From: an uncultured Sediminibacterium sp.
Lineage (GTDB): Bacteria > Bacteroidota > Bacteroidia > Chitinophagales > Chitinophagaceae
NCBI GenBank assembly: GCA_964519475.1
Contig: CAZFKE010000003.1
Coordinates: forward strand, 98,704 to 162,703
Length of the DNA stretch: 64,000 nucleotides
Direction of reading: 5' to 3'
Positions 37,752 to 48,149 of the stretch are shown here, piece after piece (within the stretch, counting starts at the first letter, position 1; every line of letters begins with the position of its first letter). The position numbers and the translations under genes were made by a program. The notes under the pieces are model-generated. The model did no database searches. It worked only from the letters and a program-made list of their open reading frames with translations, and was not told where the DNA came from.

Positions 37752-39926
37752 TTATAAACTCCACCAGTAATTAAACTTTAAAACCAGGGCCCTGTTTTTT
37801 ACAAAGAAAGGGGCTGAGTAATAATTATCGGTATATACCAAAAACAGGTCTGAAGCAGGTTTATAACGCCATTGAAACCTTCCGTTAAAATTGATATTTT
37901 TCAGCTGCTCATTGTATTGTATATAGGTTGTGATAAACAATTTGTTGGTTAGTGTTACATCAAGTTTTGGCCCGATTAAAATGAACGATCTGTTTCCCCA
38001 GGGTTTAGGCAGATCAAGTTTATTGTAGCTGGTACTGAGCGCGATGCTAACAAAAGGCTGAAATCGATATCCGAGATCGGTAGTAAGGGATAAGCGCCTG
38101 CCATCGGCAAAATAACCGCCCTGTCTTAGCGAAAAGGCATATGTAAATAATTTTTGTGGTTGCGATATTAAATCAAAACCCATACTGTTCCATGAATGTC
38201 TTGTTCCTTTAGCCAGCGAGTCTTTGCCGGAATTGGTTGGGTCGAATGCCTGCAATAATTCTACATAATCATGCTGCAAGGATGCGGCAATGGTTATCCT
38301 GTTCCGGAAAGTGATGAGATAACTGAAATTGTTCTGATCATCCGTCTTACGAAAATTTTCATCAAAGAATATGGTGGAGGTAAATTGGGGGCCATGACTC
38401 AGGATATTCCCCTGCTTTGGAAAGAAATTTCTTACAACAGATGGGCTGATCTTTATATAGCCCTGTCGTGGAACATAGCCAACCTCCGCCAGATAGTTGC
38501 TTCCTACATATTCATGTTGCCAGAGAATATTCCATTGTTTGCTGTTATAAGAAAGTGTAGCAGCATGTGAGATATCCTTTCCTGATTTGCCCGGACGGAA
38601 AGATTTTAAGAAAAAAGTTTTCCCGGTCCAGAGATTATTGGAAGAAGCAAGATTGTATTCCAATCCGATATTCCGGTTATAGGATGCATAAACAGGGTTG
38701 GTAGAATCTTTACCGGGCTGATAATTCAGGGAAGTTTTATCGAGGTAAATAAACCCGATACTTGAACGTTTGGCTATTTTTCTTTGCAGCGATATCACTG
38801 CAAAATTCTGTGCGGGTAAGGCAATCGCATCATTCGTTTCCGTTTGTATATCCATCATGCCTATCCGCCAGTTCTTATCCAGTTTACCGCTAAGCCTTGC
38901 CCCAAAACGAATGGGTACGCCCAGCCCGATACGTCTTGAAAAGAAGGGCCGGATATTGGCATTGCCGAAATTGGCAAATATGTCGTTGTTCTCAAGGAAG
39001 AATTGTCTTTTTTCCGGAAAGAACAATTCGAAACGATCCAGATTGGTAACCTGTTTATCTACTTCTACCTGCGAAAAATCAGGGTGCAGGGTAAGATCAA
39101 GGTTCATGGAAGAGGTAACGGATATTTTGGCATCTAAACCAATATCCGATTTGTATCGGGTATTCTTTCCGTTGGTATAGTCTTTTGATAATCCGGTAAG
39201 TGCATATGGGATCAGGGAGATATTGGGTCCCTGAACCGGCGGTGGCTCATCCCATACCAATACACCGGTATAGGCAAGTGATGCAGTCGGAAACTGTCGC
39301 GGAACCGGCGCCCAGCTTGATTTTTCCGTGGTCTTCAGATCATTTCGGCTGAAATTAATTCCCCATTCCCTGATCCCTTTTTTATAACGGATCGTTTTAA
39401 AAGGGATAGCCGCTTCAAAGATCCATTTGTCTTCATAATTTTTTACAAAGGAGGTCCACTTATTGTCCCAGTTAAGATCCGCTTTACCGCCCTCATATAA
39501 AGTAGCATCCCATTGCGCACCCGCCGCATTGGCTCCGAAGGTGAATCCGTTGGTCTGGTCTTCGAAAGGGTCTATAAAAAAAATGAAATTGTCATTCTTG
39601 CCGAAATTGAAATCACGTCTTAACGATTCAACCATGTTGGCGCCCTTTGCCGTTTTATAACAGGTGGCAATGATGTATAGTGCCTGGTCATCATACGTCA
39701 TACGAACTTCTGTTGGCACTTTTGCTTTGCTGGTATCCATGGGCAATACCATGAAAAAATCTTTAACCGGTTCAGCCTGTTTCCAGGCTTCATCATCAGC
39801 AGAACCATCTACCTGAACCGGTAAATGGGTTTTATGGATATGCAGGCGATAAGCGGCATTTTTCTTCTGTGCATCAATAGCATGAGAAAAAAGTAAACAT
39901 AAAATAACGGCAAGTACAGGTTTCAA
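37752..39926 (-). CDS. CBM9-like/DUF5916 family protein (TTG start)
   Basis: VDGSADDEAW, TEVRMTYD, WDNKWTS, WGINFSR, LTLHPDFSQVEVD, LFFPEKRQFFLE, RPFFSRRIG; ends KFNYWWSL (barrel-like). Confidence 0.8.
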   Translation of the reverse strand: MKPVLAVILCLLFSHAIDAQKKNAAYRLHIHKTHLPVQVDGSADDEAWKQAEPVKDFFMVLPMDTSKAKVPTEVRMTYDDQALYIIATCYKTAKGANMVESLRRDFNFGKNDNFIFFIDPFEDQTNGFTFGANAAGAQWDATLYEGGKADLNWDNKWTSFVKNYEDKWIFEAAIPFKTIRYKKGIREWGINFSRNDLKTTEKSSWAPVPRQFPTASLAYTGVLVWDEPPPVQGPNISLIPYALTGLSKDYTNGKNTRYKSDIGLDAKISVTSSMNLDLTLHPDFSQVEVDKQVTNLDRFELFFPEKRQFFLENNDIFANFGNANIRPFFSRRIGLGVPIRFGARLSGKLDKNWRIGMMDIQTETNDAIALPAQNFAVISLQRKIAKRSSIGFIYLDKTSLNYQPGKDSTNPVYASYNRNIGLEYNLASSNNLWTGKTFFLKSFRPGKSGKDISHAATLSYNSKQWNILWQHEYVGSNYLAEVGYVPRQGYIKISPSVVRNFFPKQGNILSHGPQFTSTIFFDENFRKTDDQNNFSYLITFRNRITIAASLQHDYVELLQAFDPTNSGKDSLAKGTRHSWNSMGFDLISQPQKLFTYAFSLRQGGYFADGRRLSLTTDLGYRFQPFVSIALSTSYNKLDLPKPWGNRSFILIGPKLDVTLTNKLFITTYIQYNEQLKNINFNGRFQWRYKPASDLFLVYTDNYYSAPFFVKNRALVLKFNYWWSL

Positions 39927-40033
39927 TCAAAGATATTGTTGGGGCTAAATACGTACAAGATAAAAGATGTTTGCCTATCAATAAAGAATAGCCGCAGGTT
40001 TATTTTTAACCGGCAAATCTGCGGCTTGATTTC

Positions 40034-40834
40034 TCACCATCCGCCATCCCCGTCCAATAAATTTCCCAATCCTCCTAATACGCTGCCTTCTTCTCTTCGG
40101 GTGGTGGTAGCATATTGCAAAATGCGTCCTGCCAGTCGGCTGATGGGTAAGGTTTGGATCCAAACCGTACCCGGTCCGCGCAGGGTGGCAAAGAATAATC
40201 CTTCTCCGCCAAAAATGGTATTCTTGATACCACCTATAAATTGAATATCATACTCAACGCCACCAGTAAAACCTACAATACAACCGGTATCGATCTTTAA
40301 TAATTCTCCGGGTTGAAGGTCTTTTCTCAGCACATGTCCACCAGCATGTAAAAAAGCCATACCATCACCTTCCAGTTTTTCCATGATAAAACCTTCACCA
40401 CCAAATAAACCGGTTCCGAGCTTGCGTTGAAATTCGATACCGATGCTTACGCCTTTGGCTGCACACAAAAAAGCATCTTTCTGGCAAATGATTCTATTAC
40501 CCAATTGCTGCAGGTTTACGGGAATGATCTTGCCGGGATAGGGCGATGCAAAACTCACATGTTTTTTACCCTGCCCGATATTGGTGAAAGCCGTCATGAA
40601 TAAATTTTCACCCACCAATACTCTTTTACCGGCATTCAATAATTTCCCCAGCAGTCCGCTGCTGTTTTGCTGCTGGCTGCCATCGCCAAACATGGTTTCC
40701 ATGGCAATGCCATCATCCATCATCATAAAAGCGCCGGGTTCTGCAATGGCTGTTTCATTTGGATCGAGTTCCACTTCCACATACTGCATCTCCTCACCAA
40801 AAATGCGGTAGTCTATTTCGTGATTCTGTATCAT
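40034..40834 (-). CDS. TIGR00266 / AIM24 family protein
   Basis: GEEMQYVEVEL, QKDAFLCAA, GLFGGEGFI, KIDTGC, GPGTVWIQTLP. Confidence 0.9.
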   Translation of the reverse strand: MIQNHEIDYRIFGEEMQYVEVELDPNETAIAEPGAFMMMDDGIAMETMFGDGSQQQNSSGLLGKLLNAGKRVLVGENLFMTAFTNIGQGKKHVSFASPYPGKIIPVNLQQLGNRIICQKDAFLCAAKGVSIGIEFQRKLGTGLFGGEGFIMEKLEGDGMAFLHAGGHVLRKDLQPGELLKIDTGCIVGFTGGVEYDIQFIGGIKNTIFGGEGLFFATLRGPGTVWIQTLPISRLAGRILQYATTTRREEGSVLGGLGNLLDGDGGW

Positions 40835-40925
40835 GTTATAAAATTTATGATGAAATTATCGAAGAGAAAAGTATCTGAGAAATAAATATAGGATGAGTGG
40901 TAAGAGAAATTAGTGCTAAAAATAA

Positions 40926-40951
40926 AAGCCGTTCCCAAAGAGGAACGGCTT
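40926..40951 (-). terminator. Rho-independent terminator after RND permease
   Basis: AAGCCGTTCC-CAAAGA-GGAACGGCTT with a T-rich tail on the minus strand. Confidence 0.8.
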
Positions 40952-40980
40952 AATTACTAAATCCGAAAATCAATTATACT

Positions 40981-43900
40981 TTATACTGCCGGCGAATCTT
41001 TCATTTTACCCATCCAGACTTTTTTGCCTTGTATTCTTCTTACCAGGAACATAATACCTACCGTGATAAAAAAGAAGGGTCCTAAGAAACCTAAGAGGGC
41101 AACAAATTTGGTTCCGTAGAATCTCTCCATTGGTCTTCTTAATCTTTCGCTGATCAGGTACATACTTGGTACCATTACCAGTGTTAAGAAGAATGCGAAG
41201 ATCAAACCGAAGATAATTGTCCAGCTTAAAGGCCCCCAGAATACCACGCTATCCCCACCAAAGAAAATATGCGGGTTAAAATGGCGGAACAGGGAAACAA
41301 AATCAATATTGAACCCGACTGCCAAAGGCAATAGTCCTAACATCGTTGCCAATGCCGTAAGCATAACGGGAATGATACGGATCTTACCCGCTTCAATGGC
41401 TGCGGCCCTTGTTTTATAACCACGCCCTCTTAACTCATCTGTGAACTCTATCAACAGGATACCATTCTTAATAACAATACCCGCCAACCCAATTACACCC
41501 ACACCTACCATGATGGTGGCCATTGTCATACCGGTTACCGCATATCCAATAAATACGCCAATGATTGAGAAGAAGATCTCTGTTAATACAATGAATGGTT
41601 TACTCAAACTGTTGAATTGTAATACCAGGATCAGGAAGATCAATAACAAAGCCGTTAACAGTGAGGTTCCCAGGAAACTTAAAGTTTCTGCCTGTTGTTC
41701 ACTTTCACCGGTTTGCTTGATGGTTACATCAGCCGGAATTTTTGTTTTGCTGGTGAAGTCTGCGATCTTCTTGGCCAATTCTGCATTTACTGGTCCTGTT
41801 AACGAAGGATCAGAAACATTGGATTGTAATTGTATGGTACGTTTTACATTCTTTCTTTTTACGCCGCCGGATGTATTGGTATAGTCAACCGTTGCCACTG
41901 CATTCAATGGTACCTGCTTAATGGCCATCGTTGCAAAATCGCGGAAAGTTAACCGCATATTCATCAGGTCGTTGATATTGTTGCGTTGTAACATGTTATA
42001 ACGGATCTGGATTTTATATTCATCCTCACCATCTTTCAATTTGCTCGCTTCTTTTCCAAAAACAGCGGAACGTATTTCCATACCGATCTGTGCGGTACTG
42101 ATGCCTTCACGCAGGGCTCTTTCACGGTCAATATTGATGGTGATCTCAGGGTTTTGCAGGTCAACATCCATTTTCAGGTTATCGAGGCCGGCAATGCGGT
42201 TTGTGTCGAGATGATTCTGAAGGTCATACGCCACTTTAGCGATCTCTTCAAAATTATCTCCGCTGATCTCAATGTTTACAGGCGGATCTGTTGGCGGACC
42301 CGCATCTTCCTGCGCTACTTCAATACTGGCGCCAGGTATCCCTTTCATTTGTTCACGAATTGCTTTCATAAAAGGGGCTGTAGATTTTCCATGGCGTTTT
42401 TCAAATTCCACAAATGATACCTGTATCCTTCCGAGATTACTTTGTGTACTTCGGTTATTATCACGCGGATTATTAGCGCTTACGGCTACATTGGTAATAA
42501 TACTTTCCACGATGGAGCCTTCTGTACCTGGTTTTTCTGTTTCCAGTACTTTATGAACCCTTGCTTCCAAAATTTTTGTTACCGAATCGGTAGCCGTTGT
42601 TTTTGTTCCGATCGGCATTTTCAGGTACACATAAATAAAATGCGGATCGCCGCTGGGGAAGAAAGGTTTGGGATTATTACGGATCACCAGCATGATCAAT
42701 GAGATGGGGAACAAAAGGAATAACCATAATAGCAATCTTGCCGGCCTTGCCCCTTTTAATACCCAATGCAGCATTTTTTCATAACGGTTCATCAGGCCGG
42801 GTAATATCCTTTCCTGGAACACATGTATAATGCCACGTAATACATAACGGTTCAGCACCATCATTAATGCCATTACCAGAAGAAAATTACCAAACCCATG
42901 CCATCCTGCGAGGTTACATAATACACCGAATGCAATCACGGTCCAGAACAAAGGTTTTCTGAAGATGGTATTCTTCTGCTCTTCATATTCCCTTCCCTCG
43001 GGACGCATAAAGCTAACCGCGAATACAGGGTTAATGACAAATGCCACGATCAAGGATGCTGCCAATGTAAGGATCAGCATGGTGGGCAGATAGATCATGA
43101 ACTTACCGATGAGTCCTTTCCATAACAATAGCGGGAAGAAAGGTGCCAGTGTTGTTAAGGTTCCGGCTAATACAGGAATGAATACTTCACCCGCCGCTTC
43201 TTTTGCTGCCCTAACCACTCTTACTTTTCCGTTATTATAAATACGGTGCGTATTTTCAATAACCACAATGGCATCATCTACAATAATGCCCAGTCCAAAT
43301 AAAAGCGCAAACAGTACAATAAAGTTTAGGGTAACATGTGTTCCAACAATAGAGTCTGCGATCGGTAAAAACAGGAAGGAAACGAATACGCTCAATGGCA
43401 CGCTGAGTGCTACAAAGAAGGCATTGGTTACACCCATAAAAAACATCAACACCAGTAATACCAATATAAAACCGATGATAATCGTATTGACCAGATCGTT
43501 AAAAGAGGTTTTGGTAGACACGCTCTGGTCGCCGGTGATCACAATCTTCAGGTCTGGTGGCAACACTTTCTTTTCCTTCATATCCGCCACAATACCCTGG
43601 ATCTTTTCAGCGGCATTGATCAGGTTTTCCCCACTTCTTTTAATGATGTTCAGCGTAACCACATTCTTGCCATCAAGCCTTGCGAAGCTTTCTGTTTCTT
43701 TTACCGTATCTATGATCTGTGCCACATCTTTCAGGTAAATAGGCGCAGCCTGCAGGTTTTTTACAATAATATTCTGCATATCCAGTGCGCTCACAAACTG
43801 CCCTTTTACGCGGATCGTTCTTTTCATTTCCCCTACTTCCAGTAAACCGCCGCTAATGTCTTTGTTCTCATAACTAATGGCATTGGCAATATCTGTGAAT

Positions 43901-44541
43901 GATAATTTAGCTACCTGCATTTTAAAAGGATCTACATTAATCTGTATCTCCCTTTGCGGTGCGCCTACAATATCTGCACGGTTGATCTCGGTCAGTTCTT
44001 CAAACCTGTCCTGCATCTTATCGGCATACTTCTTCAATGTCATTCCGTCAAAATCTCCGCTCACATTCACATACATAATGGGTTGCTCACTAAAATCAAA
44101 CTCCTGTACATTGGGTAACTGGGTAAGGTCTGTTGGTAGGTCGGTCTGCGCTTTGTCTATTGCATCTTTTACTTTCTGTTTGGCTATTTCTGTTTTTACA
44201 TCGGTATCAAACTCTACAATGATGAGCGAGAAATCCTGTTGCGAAGTAGATTGGATATTCCTCACTTTGGCACCGCTGATGCCTTTTAATTGTTTTTCAA
44301 TGGGCCTTGTTACCAGGTTTTCCATGTCTTTCGGAGAAGTTCCAAAATACACGGTATTTACACTAATGGTAGGCACCACAATATCCGGAAACTGTTCCCT
44401 GGGTAAGGTGTTGAATTTGTTCAGCCCGTACAGGGAAATCAGAATGGTAATAATATAAATAGCCGTTCGGTTATCCACAGCCCAACTCGTCGGTTTGAAC
44501 TGCTTAAATTTTTTGGCTACACCTTCTATAAATGGATGCAT
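40981..44541 (-). CDS. RND efflux transporter permease subunit (AcrB/AcrD/AcrF family)
   Basis: LPREQFPDI, GIIVDDAIVVIEN, KNGILLIEF, RIIPVMLTALAT, two large periplasmic loops. Confidence 0.95.
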   Translation of the reverse strand: MHPFIEGVAKKFKQFKPTSWAVDNRTAIYIITILISLYGLNKFNTLPREQFPDIVVPTISVNTVYFGTSPKDMENLVTRPIEKQLKGISGAKVRNIQSTSQQDFSLIIVEFDTDVKTEIAKQKVKDAIDKAQTDLPTDLTQLPNVQEFDFSEQPIMYVNVSGDFDGMTLKKYADKMQDRFEELTEINRADIVGAPQREIQINVDPFKMQVAKLSFTDIANAISYENKDISGGLLEVGEMKRTIRVKGQFVSALDMQNIIVKNLQAAPIYLKDVAQIIDTVKETESFARLDGKNVVTLNIIKRSGENLINAAEKIQGIVADMKEKKVLPPDLKIVITGDQSVSTKTSFNDLVNTIIIGFILVLLVLMFFMGVTNAFFVALSVPLSVFVSFLFLPIADSIVGTHVTLNFIVLFALLFGLGIIVDDAIVVIENTHRIYNNGKVRVVRAAKEAAGEVFIPVLAGTLTTLAPFFPLLLWKGLIGKFMIYLPTMLILTLAASLIVAFVINPVFAVSFMRPEGREYEEQKNTIFRKPLFWTVIAFGVLCNLAGWHGFGNFLLVMALMMVLNRYVLRGIIHVFQERILPGLMNRYEKMLHWVLKGARPARLLLWLFLLFPISLIMLVIRNNPKPFFPSGDPHFIYVYLKMPIGTKTTATDSVTKILEARVHKVLETEKPGTEGSIVESIITNVAVSANNPRDNNRSTQSNLGRIQVSFVEFEKRHGKSTAPFMKAIREQMKGIPGASIEVAQEDAGPPTDPPVNIEISGDNFEEIAKVAYDLQNHLDTNRIAGLDNLKMDVDLQNPEITINIDRERALREGISTAQIGMEIRSAVFGKEASKLKDGEDEYKIQIRYNMLQRNNINDLMNMRLTFRDFATMAIKQVPLNAVATVDYTNTSGGVKRKNVKRTIQLQSNVSDPSLTGPVNAELAKKIADFTSKTKIPADVTIKQTGESEQQAETLSFLGTSLLTALLLIFLILVLQFNSLSKPFIVLTEIFFSIIGVFIGYAVTGMTMATIMVGVGVIGLAGIVIKNGILLIEFTDELRGRGYKTRAAAIEAGKIRIIPVMLTALATMLGLLPLAVGFNIDFVSLFRHFNPHIFFGGDSVVFWGPLSWTIIFGLIFAFFLTLVMVPSMYLISERLRRPMERFYGTKFVALLGFLGPFFFITVGIMFLVRRIQGKKVWMGKMKDSPAV

Positions 44542-44574
44542 AATATATTTTTTTAAGTAATCATCTTTGGTTTT

Positions 44575-44663
44575 TAATTAGTAATGAGTAGTTAGTAATT
44601 ACTAATAGAGATCCGGTTTTGCGTTACCTCAATTACTAATTACCAATTATTAATTACTAATTA
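44575..44663. repeat. Inverted repeat of AT-rich TAATTAG heptamers between RND and MFP genes
   Basis: TAATTAGTAATGAGTAGTTAGTAATTACTAAT ... AATTACTAATTACCAATTATTAATTACTAATTA; shares AGTAGTTAGTAATT and AATTATTAATTACTAATTA with 30621-30707. Confidence 0.8.
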
Positions 44664-45869
44664 TTTCTTCACGTCTGTCTTCAACAACTGCCCGTCATAA
44701 ATATTCTGAAATCCTTCTGTGATCAGTTGCTCACCAGCTGTTAAACCGCTTTTTACTTCTACAAACTGATTATACAGTTCACCGATGCTGATAACCCTTT
44801 TCCTGGCGATCTGTTTGCCGGCTTCTGTAGTAGCCACATACACGTATTTTCCTTTTTCATCGGTACCCACAATATTCACCGGAATTGCGATCGCGTTTGA
44901 GGCTGCATAATCCTGAATTTTAACCATCGCAATCTGGTTAGGGCGAACAGCGCCATCAGATGGCAGTTTCGCTTCTACATGGAAGGAACGGTTATTCTGA
45001 TCGATGGTTTTACCTGATAAGGAAATACTGGTATGGAAGGTTTTATTAATATCGGGCATGCTCACCACAACCGCAGAACCTATTTTTACTTTGCCGCTGT
45101 AATTCTCGGGTACATCCGTAATTACTTTCAGGCTAGACATATTTACAATCTTGATCTGTGGTAAGTTTCCTGAAAAACCGGTAAACAGCTCACCTACTCT
45201 TACATTCACTTCATCGGCAATACCATCTACATCGCTGTAAATATTGGATGAGTTTACTTGTTCCTGTATGGTTTTGATATTTTCTTCAGCGCCGGCAATT
45301 TGTTTTTCCAGGGTTTCCACATTTGTTCTGGCGGTGAGCAGTTCTATTTCAGACCCAATGCCCTGTTTCCATAAATTGTTACGGCGGTTATATATGTCTT
45401 TCGTAAAACTTAGCTGCGTTTTCAGTGCTTCTGTATTCTGTTTGGCAGCAGTAACCTGTTGCTTTACCAGGGCATCATCCAGTTTAACCAGTAACTGGCC
45501 TTTCTTTACGTAATCGCCTTTCTTAACATATAGCGCCTTTACCTGCCCGCCACCCATGCGGGGAGAGATATAAGAAATGTTTTCAGCATCCACTCTTCCC
45601 TGCAGGTCTATATAATGGACAAAATTCTGTGTGGTAACCGGCGTAGTGCCTACAAGTTTGGCCACGTCTTCTTTGTTTGAAGAAGTATCGAGTTTGGCAA
45701 TTTCTGTTTCAAGGGCTTTGATTTTATCGCCGATACTGTTTTGCTCTTTTTTCAGTTTTTCTACTTCGGCTTTTTTATCAGCCAGTGATCCACCCCCTTC
45801 ATTTTTACCGCCGCAGGATATGATTGTGAGGGCTGCTGTCAGAAAAAATACATGTATTATCGTTTGCAT
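44661..45869 (-). CDS. RND efflux periplasmic adaptor (MFP) lipoprotein
   Basis: LTIISC lipobox, GGQVKALYVKKGDYVKKGQLL lipoyl motif, VKSGLTAGEQLI. Confidence 0.93.
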   Translation of the reverse strand: MQTIIHVFFLTAALTIISCGGKNEGGGSLADKKAEVEKLKKEQNSIGDKIKALETEIAKLDTSSNKEDVAKLVGTTPVTTQNFVHYIDLQGRVDAENISYISPRMGGGQVKALYVKKGDYVKKGQLLVKLDDALVKQQVTAAKQNTEALKTQLSFTKDIYNRRNNLWKQGIGSEIELLTARTNVETLEKQIAGAEENIKTIQEQVNSSNIYSDVDGIADEVNVRVGELFTGFSGNLPQIKIVNMSSLKVITDVPENYSGKVKIGSAVVVSMPDINKTFHTSISLSGKTIDQNNRSFHVEAKLPSDGAVRPNQIAMVKIQDYAASNAIAIPVNIVGTDEKGKYVYVATTEAGKQIARKRVISIGELYNQFVEVKSGLTAGEQLITEGFQNIYDGQLLKTDVKK

Positions 45870-45900
45870 AAACTATGTTTTGTTTGGTTGTTGTTATGGA

Positions 45901-47244
45901 TTATAATTTTCCGGTTGCTTTTAAATAATCTACTTTGGCAATGATGGCGCTGTACAAAGCACTGATATAATTGGTTTGCGCCGTTACCAGGTCTGTTTGT
46001 GCTGCGGTGATCTCTGTATTGGATCCTGTGCCTGATTCAAATTTCTTTTTGGTCTGGTTGTATACCGTTTCTGCCAGTTTCATATTCTCTTTCTGAAAGC
46101 CCATGGTAGCCAGTGATGATTTGAAGTTGATCTTGGCCTGTTCTACTTCACCATCAATCGATATTTTCAGGTTATCCAGCTGGTTCTCAGTCTCTTTCAG
46201 TTCTATCCTGGATCTCGCAATCCTTGACGTTCTTGCAAAGCCATTGAAAATAGGGACAGACAGGTTTAGGCCTACGTAAGAAGTAGTGAACCAATCTCCT
46301 TTACCAAAAAAGGTAAACTGGTTACGCTGTGCATTTTTACTGTAACTGCCGTTTAGTGACAAAGCGGGCAGACTGCTTAACTGGTAACGTTTGATATTGA
46401 ACTCATTCAGCTTTTTTGCCAATGACAGATATTGAAAATCTTTTCTGTCGGCATACTGGTATACCGTATCGTTAGAGAAATCTTCTTTTACCTGTTCTTC
46501 TGTGATCTGGTCAACCAATACCAAACTGTCTTTTACCGGCATCCCTATCAGGGTTTTTAAACCCAGATAGCCAATAGCGATACTGTTAAGTGCTTTTATT
46601 TTTTCTGTTTGCAGGTTTGACAACTGAACAGACACTTTATCGAGGTCCAGTTTTTCTGCAAAACCGTTCTTGTATAATTCATTGGCATCGTGCTTCAGCT
46701 TTTCCAAACGTGCAATATTGGCGTCCAGCAAAGCGATCTGTGTTTTGCTCAATACCAGCTGGTAATAGATCTTGTAAATATTGGTTTTAATGGCTTCTTC
46801 TGTTACTTCCAGGTTCTTTGTCTGGAACTGGATAGAAGTGGCTCTTGCCTGCAAACCAATAAATACCTGTCCGTCAAACAAAAGCTGTTGTAACTGCAGG
46901 CTGGCGGTAGACGTATACTTTGTACCAAACTTCACCGGAATATACGTTCCAGCCGGCTGGCCAAATACCTCTCCCGGTAATAAGGAAGTAGGTATATCAA
47001 TATAATCGGTTACACCGATGCTGCCGCTGATTGTTGGCAATGCGGCAGCGGTAATTTCTCGATTGGTTTGCTCTTGGCTGCGGATGTTTAATAATGCATT
47101 TTTTACCTGGGCATTATTCTTCCGGGCATAATCAACTGCCTGCTGAATCGTAAATTCATGGGTAGTTTTTTGTGCGGCAATATTGCCTGTTATCAATATT
47201 AGGCATAGCAGCCATACCAATCTTTCGGGTCCTCTGTTTTTCAT
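45901..47244 (-). CDS. TolC family outer membrane efflux protein
   Basis: FTIQQAVDYARKNN, LSVPIFNG, FESGTGSNTEI..AQ; overlaps the TetR stop. Confidence 0.9.
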   Translation of the reverse strand: MKNRGPERLVWLLCLILITGNIAAQKTTHEFTIQQAVDYARKNNAQVKNALLNIRSQEQTNREITAAALPTISGSIGVTDYIDIPTSLLPGEVFGQPAGTYIPVKFGTKYTSTASLQLQQLLFDGQVFIGLQARATSIQFQTKNLEVTEEAIKTNIYKIYYQLVLSKTQIALLDANIARLEKLKHDANELYKNGFAEKLDLDKVSVQLSNLQTEKIKALNSIAIGYLGLKTLIGMPVKDSLVLVDQITEEQVKEDFSNDTVYQYADRKDFQYLSLAKKLNEFNIKRYQLSSLPALSLNGSYSKNAQRNQFTFFGKGDWFTTSYVGLNLSVPIFNGFARTSRIARSRIELKETENQLDNLKISIDGEVEQAKINFKSSLATMGFQKENMKLAETVYNQTKKKFESGTGSNTEITAAQTDLVTAQTNYISALYSAIIAKVDYLKATGKL

Positions 47245-47864
47245 GCGGTTATGGTTTTTAGTCTTTGTTGCTTGTATTTCTGAATTAATTTCTGGCCTTT
47301 TGCGGTAGCCAATCCGTATAAAAAATTATCTGTCATTTCATTGATAATAGCCAGTAAACCGTATTTTCCATGCGGAAAAAGTTCCTGGTTAAAGAGCAGT
47401 AAAGTAGATGCCAGCCTGAACCTTGCCATGATCTCAGAATTGATCTCCGCCCTGTACAACCCTTCAGCTTTACCCAGATCGAGATTTTCCTTCACAATGG
47501 CATACAGAAACTTATTCTTAAACTCACTGTGTTTTTTAAAAGCTTTCGGGTGGTATTTCTCCAGGTCAAAAATCACATTCGGGTTGATCTTGTTTAAGAC
47601 TTCCTGCATCATATCTACCGCCATAAATACTTCGTGGATAGGGTTTTCGCTTTTTTGTTTGTGCTGCTTGCATTCCAGCTGGCTGGCTGCAATCTCCATA
47701 TCGATCACGTCTTCTACCAGTGCGTCCTTATCGGCATAAAACTGGTAAATGGTCTTCTTACTCATACCCAGGTGATTGGCCACCTCATCCATGCTCACGC
47801 TGCGTATACCATACCGCATAAACAATTCATGGGCCTTGATCACGATTCTTTCCTGTGGTTCCAT
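47241..47864 (-). CDS. TetR/AcrR family regulator heading the efflux operon
   Basis: GIRSVSMDEVANHLGMSKKTIYQFY HTH. Start set at ATG 47864. Confidence 0.93.
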   Translation of the reverse strand: MEPQERIVIKAHELFMRYGIRSVSMDEVANHLGMSKKTIYQFYADKDALVEDVIDMEIAASQLECKQHKQKSENPIHEVFMAVDMMQEVLNKINPNVIFDLEKYHPKAFKKHSEFKNKFLYAIVKENLDLGKAEGLYRAEINSEIMARFRLASTLLLFNQELFPHGKYGLLAIINEMTDNFLYGLATAKGQKLIQKYKQQRLKTITA

Positions 47865-47889
47865 AAATAACATTAAAGGAGGGTAAAAC

Positions 47890-47923
47890 TATGGAAACTT
47901 TAATTGTAACCAAAGTTTCCGTA
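47890..47923. promoter_or_regulatory. Candidate TetR operator of the efflux operon
   Basis: GGAAACTTT-N10-AAAGTTTCC perfect inverted repeat (47893-47920), about 30 nt upstream of the TetR start. Confidence 0.6.
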
Positions 47924-48034
47924 TGCATATTTTTATTATTTTTGTGTTAAGCGGTTTATAGGGGGGATAAATGATCGTTGCAGCGATGCTTACTTTTGTT
48001 AGTTTTTGTGCGGGCCATTTAGGAATTTGTGAAT

Positions 48035-48089
48035 CGTCAGACCTGGATCGTACCTATGGAAACATTTTACCCACGATCCAGGTCTGACG
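48035..48089. repeat. Perfect 17-bp inverted repeat (REP/MITE-like)
   Basis: CGTCAGACCTGGATCGT (48035-48051), 21 nt spacer, ACGATCCAGGTCTGACG (48073-48089). Confidence 0.85.
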
Positions 48090-48149
48090 GCTGACGAAGC
48101 AGAAAGCAAAGAAGTGCATTTTCTTATTTATCTTACAGCCTAATTAAGG

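Noticed and set aside
40981-47864. RND efflux operon as a novel system
   Set aside because: TetR-TolC-MFP-RND is a standard arrangement with intact canonical motifs.
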